Shown: one piece after another, positions 56,182 to 64,000 of the stretch
Numbering within the stretch: position 1 is the stretch's first letter
Layout of the letters: the number at the start of each line of letters is the position of its first letter
Source of the DNA: Auanema rhodensis
Taxonomy: Eukaryota; Animalia; Nematoda
Length of the DNA stretch: 64,000 nt
Direction of reading: 5' to 3'
Assembly (NCBI GenBank): GCA_964057225.1
Contig: OZ059894.1
Span: forward strand, 8,866,001 to 8,930,000
Made by a program: the position numbers and the translations under genes
The notes under the pieces: model-generated
What the model saw: only the letters and a program-made list of their open reading frames with translations
Told to the model about the DNA's origin: nothing
The model's database searches: none

Positions 56182-59100
56182 TTAAAGAAACCGACAACCG
56201 TGAATCATTGGGTCTATTGATGTGGAACCGGCTTCAGGTAACAAGTGCATATGGTTCAGATTCCATAAATCTGTTATACGATGTGAATGATGCTCTCGGA
56301 GTGCCTATAAAGAAACAGAATAAATCTTCATGGCTAAGAATGAAATTTGCAACCTGTCGTTCGCTTTCAGTTGTTGCTCCTACAACATTAAAATCTAACA
56401 TAAGCCTATATGTCCATTCTACTGTGAAGAACGTAGCAGCATTGGAAGGGAAAGCTCTGAAGTGATGCGTTAAAATCAAATACTTCGCAATGCTTCTTAT
56501 ACCTGAGTAAAGTTGATCCAAGACCTACATAGAAACTACGTATGCCTTTCTCTTGATACGTTCGTTTTATGCAATCCATATAACTCTTATATGATTCATC
56601 AGCTTGAAACCTTGTCTTGATAACGTCAGCAGGGTAATTTAAAAGCCATGAAAACATTCCAGCCACACCTGAAAACAAAGGTTTATTGGTTTAGCTTAAA
56701 TCCGAGTAATCTTACCACCAGCTAATAATAGTTGAGGAGCTGTTAGATTTTCCATTTTTCCATCTTTACTCATGCTCTTTGTCATCCATTCATATGATGT
56801 GAAGTAAATTCCGAATGCAGGAGCATCTCTTATTAATGTCATTAAGAAACCTCTAAAAATAAAAAATAAGAAATAACTTTTTTATTTTTTAATTAATCAA
56901 GAAAGAAAGCAAAAATTGACCTGTTGATTGCTCGGAATCCATGTTGTTTTATTAAACTTTTAGCGGCATCAACTGGTGATCGGAATGCACCATGAGAGGA
57001 GTCAGACTGTAGCTGCATCAACAGCTTGAAACGCTCAGATGGAGCAGCTGAAATGAATGACAGTTAGTTATTTAATAATAGATAAAGAAGAGAGATAAAG
57101 AGAAGTTGATATAATAAAACGTACCAATAGCCGTCTGAGCAAGTCCAGCAGCACATCCGGCTAAGAAATGAGCTTTCAAGCTATCTTTATCCTCAAACTC
57201 CCGCGATACACTACCATGAACTCCAAATACAATAGCATTGATAGCTGTGAGAGAAGCTAATGGAGAACTTAAACCTGAAATTAGGAACAGTTATTTTGGG
57301 TAATGCCAACATTTCAATTATTTATGATTTGTCGTAAAGACACTATTTAAAAAAAAAATTTTGCAAAGCATTTTCACTTTCCATATCAAGAGAAACCTGA
57401 TGCAACTGTTTTTTTTTCATATTCTGTTGACCATGAATGACAACTCTTTGTTTAACATACTAAAAGAATTGCAAAAACTGTGAAGACACATGAAGAGATA
57501 CATGAAAAGTGAGATTATTAGTTCAACTTATACAAATTGAAACAATTGATTTCATGAGATGTTATAGTTATAAGATCGTTTTTAAAGATGATTCTAAGGT
57601 AAAAAAATCATATTTTAGACTATCCTTCACCGTCTCATACAGCCTGATTGCCAAATGTTGTGTGCTTCAACCAATATGTCACATGCGATTGATGAAGACA
57701 TTTGTTATCTATCTCTATCATAGAAATACGCAGTTGATGATAATAAAATAGTCGATCGTCAGGACTGTAGAATCGTTTGTTGGAATCCATAAGCTGCATG
57801 ATCTGTTTTTACTAATTTTTTTTCTGACATCATCCAAAGTTGACATATGATTTCAAAAATTTCAAACATCTTGACGTGATAGTAATCAAGTTTTGAAATG
57901 GTTTGAAAGCTTGCGGTCAAAAAAACGTGATGAACATGATTTACAGGAAAGCTCAAAAGCAACAGAAGAGATTGAATAATCTCTTTGTCTCTCTCCATAT
58001 TCCATTTATGAAGAGATTTTTTGTAAATTTAAAACTATAATTTATATTCTGTGAAATTATATATTCAAACACACAAGTGCTGATTATGTTCTTATATTTT
58101 TATAATTTGTTTTATCAATAGTTTGAAAAGAATCAAAACTTTTGCATGGCTGAACTGAGAGGGCCAAGTATGCAGAAGAGGGGGGGTGTTAGATATTGAG
58201 TTTTCAGAGGATTCACGAAGTTTGTCCAAGACATCAAGGTGGTCATCGTATATGAACACGGCCCCCACCATAAATCATTTATCCCTACCTGACATATCCA
58301 TTTCTGTCTATTGTCACCCCTTTCTACTTCTAATTATTATATGTAAATATAGAATGTTGAGGTAATATGTTAACAAATAAAAAATTGAAAAAAATAAAGT
58401 TTTTTTGAAGATTTACAATGAAAAGAATAGCTTACCTTTGAAAAGGCCATGGAAACCTTCTTTCTGAATTATAGTTCGAAGGCAATGCCATGTTCCTCGA
58501 TAAATTGCCCCACTCCCCTAAAAATAATTCTGTTCGGACGTTTTAATGAAATTAAATAAAAAAGAATTTGATAACTGTTAACCGAATTTGTCTAATGATT
58601 ACAACTCTATATTAAAGGGGTAATATAGATAGAACTTAATCGATGTCCTTCTAAATTGGGAGACAGTGATTAAGATCGATTTTCGTGCAAAATTGAGAAA
58701 AAATGGGATTGGGGTAATATCTTGAAAAAACTTGTCTTATTAAACTTTGAATTTCTGCAAAGCAAACCGTGCATGCTTCCTCTCAGATTTACAATGAAAT
58801 GGAAGTGCGAGGCAAAAAAAAGATATTACCTGTGGTTGAGTTTGAAGCCTGACTTTGATGGTGTCAAGTGGATGTCCGGCTAACACTCCAGCAGCTCCTA
58901 AATACTTCAATTAACTATTTAAAAAATTTCTTTTTGCTTTGATGGCAATATTCGAATCCATTGTGGTGCAATAATCATTGATTCTGTTTTATACATGAAA
59001 GGAATGAACAGAAAAAACGATAGGTTTCACCATAATTTGGGTTGTGATGGCCCTTGTTGTGAGAGATGTAATAACCGAGTCAAATATCAATCATTATATT

Positions 59101-59432
59101 TCCTGATCAGTTAAAAAAGGTTATTTAAAGCGAAAAAAGTTATTAAATGATAAACTCGTGACAGAATTTGATAGACCTGAATACAATTTGAAGAAATATA
59201 TTGTAAATTACACAATCAATTTTCACGTGTTTCTTCATTCTAACATAATATTTGGATTTTATTCATTATAGTAACCAAGAACATTATCTAAAAGTGGAAA
59301 AACTTTCCTCTTTTTATAGATTATGTCATGTTTTTGTAAAAAAATTACAATAACATGGTGCTCAGAGAATTAAAAAGTATGAGAAAGGACTGTACCTCCA
59401 AAGCAACCAGCTACAAAGTCGAGAACGGCCAT
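56182..59432 (-). CDS. slc-25A29: Mitochondrial basic amino acid/acylcarnitine carrier (SLC25A29/45-like)
   Basis: [62 protein letters not shown]. These are the three Px[DE]xx[KR] carrier signatures. Confidence 0.88.
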
Positions 59433-61745
59433 TCTTGGTCCACTTGACTAGGACGAGAAGACAAGATTCTGATTGCTGTATATATCGATAACCGATATGA
59501 TCCTTTGAACTCAAATGTATTGGTGAGGTTAGTAATGTGATGAGCTCAGCTCAGTAGATCGGTAGAGATGGTCAGATAGGCGACCTAGCTATTTGTGGTG
59601 AGTAGGCGGGACGGTATATCCAGCCAATTCAAACGTAGAAGGAGATCTTAATTGGCAAATAAGTATGAATCAGTAATAGTTTGGGTAGAAAAAGCATCAA
59701 TGTATAAAAACGGATGACATGCCTATCAGAAGCTAGGTTAATCTACCGTGCAAATGATTGCCGGTTAGTTGTTCTGAAGTCTTTCGACGTCGCCGTTAGG
59801 GCTGTGGTTGTCGTCGAGACACAGGCGAACAACACTGTCAGATCGCTCATGCGTCGTCATTTCTTTGGAACTCTGTCAATCTCTTTGTCAGTCATGATAT
59901 TTTCTATTGATGTCTCTCGGTCCACAGTCTTCTAAGACCAGGCCCTAGCGTCAAAGTCGTAGCTAGCACGTTCTCCGCCCATGTACAGCATCTATGATTG
60001 ACTTCATTGCTTCTTCATCATCATCCCTATTTTCATGTTTCTTCTTATTATCATTATCATTAGCAGAAGTAGCAGCAGTAGACTGCTGGCCAACCAGCTA
60101 AGATCAATACTGTACTGGAGATGACGACAACGAGACACTATTGGTCCAACACGTTGTAAAACCGGCAGAAGAATAAGTAAACGAAAATGAAAAAGGAAAG
60201 ATACTTCCATGGCTTCAACTCCAACGTCCGAAAAAATAACCTTTATTACAGTTTATAAAACCAAGTTCTTTATAGGGAGGGGCCCACAATCTAAACTCTA
60301 ATATTAGCTTTCCATACCGCAAAGAAATGCCCTTTTTGATAGTTAATCAGTTATACTAGAGTACTATTACAGTATCCAACTACAAATTTCACAATGAAAG
60401 TAAGATTTTTTTGTGTATACAACCATAATTGGGCTATTTTTTTTTGAAAGCTGTGTTGAAAGGAATACAAAAAAACTTTAATGAGCTCATTTATTTTGTA
60501 TAGAAGAATATTACTAATATGTGTTTTTATATATTAGTTGATACATCTATTTATATGTACTGATACAGTATAGAAATATAGAAGATGAGGATATCCGGCA
60601 ACTACTGATCACTGTGATACCGATGGCATTTTGTCAACGACAATACCCTCGATCTCATAGTCATAATCTAGATTTGAGATATAAGGTTGTATATTCACAG
60701 CTTGTTTTGTATTTACGATGCATACACACCTTAACAATTAATTATATTAGAAATATATTTAAGAAATAAGAAAACATCTTTTTTATTTTGTTTTTTTGTA
60801 TTTTATGTATCATATATCATATGTAATTAAATTAGAATAAATTATTTTACGTATATATCAAAGATAACAAAACTACAACATTTCATTTTAAACTGAATTT
60901 TCTAGCTAACCGGTTGCATTTACTTCCGTGAGTAGGCCGATGGTAAGAAAAAGGTTAAAGTTTCTCGTTCATCCGGTAACTTTTCAAAGTTTAAATATTA
61001 TTTTAATATAACATTTTTAGTTTTTTTCACGATTTCATATCAGTGATCAAGCATCATCATACGTGATCTTCGCTAAATCGAAATAATCATCCTCAGTTTC
61101 TATTCTGAACGCCAACGCTACGCCGATACTCACGGTCACGCATATCAACCATATGACTCTCAGAAGGCATTCGTGATTGCGTGACGTAATTCATCCAAAG
61201 GCGCCGCAGATCTTATGATTTCAACTAGACTAGGAATTCCTTAGGACTTTTCAATAAAGTTGGTTCAACAACGCATGATATATATATGATTAACACTTAA
61301 AAAACATAAATTTTTATGAAAATATATACAAGACAACACGTGTAGCTCGCAGGGGATATGATACATACGGTTCCAGTAAAACAGAAGCAAATAGAACCTA
61401 CTAAATCGCACCATTATTAAAGCGCAATAGTATATGATTAAACATAAAGCCACTTTTGACTATATACCCATCTGTGACAGGCAAGATTTCCAAAATATAC
61501 ACAAAATAATTAAAAAAGCGATTTCATAAATATATAAATATATATATATACAAATGTATATATATACAAAATGCAAAGATCAAACGGATTTAAACCTTCA
61601 AAACGCTGTAAGGAAACAAAATGAACTGAAGTATCAAGAAAAAGGCAAAAATTGTGAGTAAGAAATCACAACTAGAAATGCAAAGCATATGGTCATGAAT
61701 ATCATTGAGATTGCTTATGAAGCTTCAAAGTAGAAGTATACCTGA

Positions 61746-64000
61746 TTACAAAGAGAGTACAGTATCGGTGCCCAAGATGCTTGCAGTTCTGCTGGCAACA
61801 GATACTGTATCTATATCGTGAAGAGTCCATTCTCCTCGTCCTAACAACCGTAATTCCATATCATGGAACTGCTTTAGAGAGTATCGATGGCCTATGGATA
61901 CGTAAGTTATGTTTTCCTGAAAATAAAAAACATTTTAAAAATAACTATAAAATGTCAAACTTGTTGAAGCAGTCTGTATAATTGCATTTCTGTTTCGAAC
62001 CCAATAGCACTTGTGGATTCATCCAAGAAAACTATTTTGGGACGTGTATAGAACACTCGTGCCAAAGATAAACGCTGTAACTCTCCAGGAGATAAAGCGT
62101 CAGCCCTAGAATTGAAAATTAGTTCTGCACAAGAATCCTAGAGCACACCAGTCAAAATCCACTGGAGTGTCAAAACCTTTACAACGCTCAAGCAAATGTT
62201 CCATTTTCACCCATTCCAAAATTTGAGTTAACCGTTGAATGTCTAAAATGAAGATCGGTTTCTTTCTTAATTTGATAGATCACCTTTCTCAACAGGAAGT
62301 GCTTTAATAGGGTATACTAACTGCTGTCTGAGTGTCAATGCTCCTGAAGGGAAATAAGGCTTCTGTGGAACAAATAATAAATTCGATGGACGAAGTCTCC
62401 AGTGACGATCAACTTTTCCTAGATAAAAAGAATTAAACCCCCTTGACATGTTCACAGTATTTACCTGATGAAGCGTACCACAATCCAGCGAACATTCTAA
62501 AAATAGACGTTTTTCCTGCTCCACTGTCTCCAGTGATAAGAACATTTTGCCCTTGCAATAATTGTATAGATAGGCCTTAAGTTTTTCATAAAATGACTAC
62601 ATAGAACGGCTAAACGCACAAGAAACGATCATGTTCGAAGAATCATTAGCAGGTGACAAGCAGGCTGAATCAACTGTTATAGCTACACCATCATCAGGGC
62701 AATCTTCCTCACGATCTAATCTTGCACCTGAACAAAACTTTGTTTACACTTTTATGCTATATAACCACAAACCTAGTAAAAACTGAGCTTCTTCCTCATC
62801 ATCGCAATCCCTTTCTAATGATAGTTGTTTCCCATGAAGTTCTTCAATCTAAATCGAATCTTGAAACATGAACCATTTGATATTTGAACTCACAGTACGA
62901 GCCGTATTAGTTTTTTCATCATCATCAGATGCAATTACAACCACACTAGATGGAACTGTGGATGGTGGTCTATCAGTTTCCAAACAATCGGAATGTAAAC
63001 GGCGAAGCTCTTCATACAATTCAACAACTCTGATAAACAGAGAATAATCTATAGTCTGATCAAAAATCTAACCTGTGAGTTAATCCAGCAAAATTTGCAA
63101 TCTTATCAGAAAGGCTCAATAAGTTAGTGAAGCAATATATCAGATAAAGATAGAAAAATGCATTCTAGGAAATAAAGAAGATGAATAACAGAAAAAAATG
63201 TTAAAACATACTCTTGAGACAATTCCGTTCAATTCTGTACCTTCCATATCATCATATGAATGAGTCATAAAAATCGGAATTCCGATAATTAGATAGGACA
63301 AAATACCACCAAAATATTCAAAAGCACCAGTAACAAAAGAGAGCACAAATCTCCATTCAGCAAGCTTCTTCTGTAAAAGCAAACATTTTCTAAATGATTT
63401 TGCTTTTAACCTTACCTGAGCTTTTAAAAGTGTTCGTAGTTTTTGATTAGCCATAACATTTTCTAAAAGTCCTGACTGATAGAAAGCTATAGATTCGACA
63501 TTTGTGCGGACTTCCATATGTCTTTGTCTGAAATGAGACGAATTGGGCTAATGAGCAAAATATGTTAGATAAAGCTAACCTAAAATCTCCTTCACGCTTT
63601 TCCTGATTATTTACTAAGCCAATCATAGGCGATATTAAAAACTTGTTAACAATAGTTACAATAAGGAAATATACATAAATAGTAACAGGGCCCAGCCATC
63701 CAGAACTATAAAAACAATTTAATAAAAAACGATAAAATTCAAAAAATGCTACCTTTGAAAAGTTAAATAAGAATAATAAGCTATTGTAAATGGAGCAATA
63801 ACTACTGGACCTAGAAGGTCCGTGCAAAGAATTTGAGTTGTTTTATCAACATCTTGTGTCATTCGTTGATCTCTGAAAAAATATAAATATTAAAAATAAT
63901 GAGTTTACATTTCTTACGGGTTGTCTAAAGTATCTGAAGTCATTGTCAACTTATAAAATGCATGTCTTTTAAAATATAAACGATGTAAAGTAAAATTGCT
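61746..64000 (-). CDS. pmp-3: ABC transporter subfamily D (ABCD4/PMP-3), 5' part outside the window
   Basis: [14 protein letters not shown]; [21 protein letters not shown]; Walker [10 protein letters not shown]; [11 protein letters not shown]; [13 protein letters not shown]; FLDESTSA; SIGHR. Confidence 0.92.

Noticed and set aside
59543-59625. tRNA-like 5' segment (AGCTCAGTAGATCGGTAGAG)
   Set aside because: No B-box (GTTCRA) and no cloverleaf pairing.
59714-60210. Two short ORFs in a relatively GC-rich stretch
   Set aside because: No recognisable domain or splice structure; more likely the upstream regulatory region of slc-25A29.

Overview
This is AT-rich eukaryotic DNA with very dense, short (mostly 40-55 nt) GT-AG introns. 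The gene content indicates a rhabditid (clade V-like) nematode. Manual exon stitching gives about 17 protein-coding genes. In order: four Sulfotransfer_2-family genes (two with degenerate PAPS motifs), lrx-1, an FN3/transmembrane protein, letm-1, a Vasa-like DEAD-box helicase (probably rde-12), a flavin amine oxidase and a ground-like gene. These are followed by a giant ani-2-like anillin, an atg-9/RRP36 operon-like pair, a CRAL-TRIO/GOLD gene, a small orphan ending in an eh1 motif, slc-25A29 and a 5'-truncated pmp-3/ABCD4. Two TIR-bounded non-autonomous elements are also present. The standout is the anillin (30735-42508), one unbroken reading frame over about 80 exons (roughly 2,600-2,700 aa, estimated). 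It joins a GLH/nucleoporin-like FGG-repeat exon and 46 consecutive phase-0 symmetric small exons, many carrying R-S-R-x-x-S motifs, to the anillin and PH domains. Gene models are hand-derived and gene names rely on recalled C. elegans sequences; no database searches were run.
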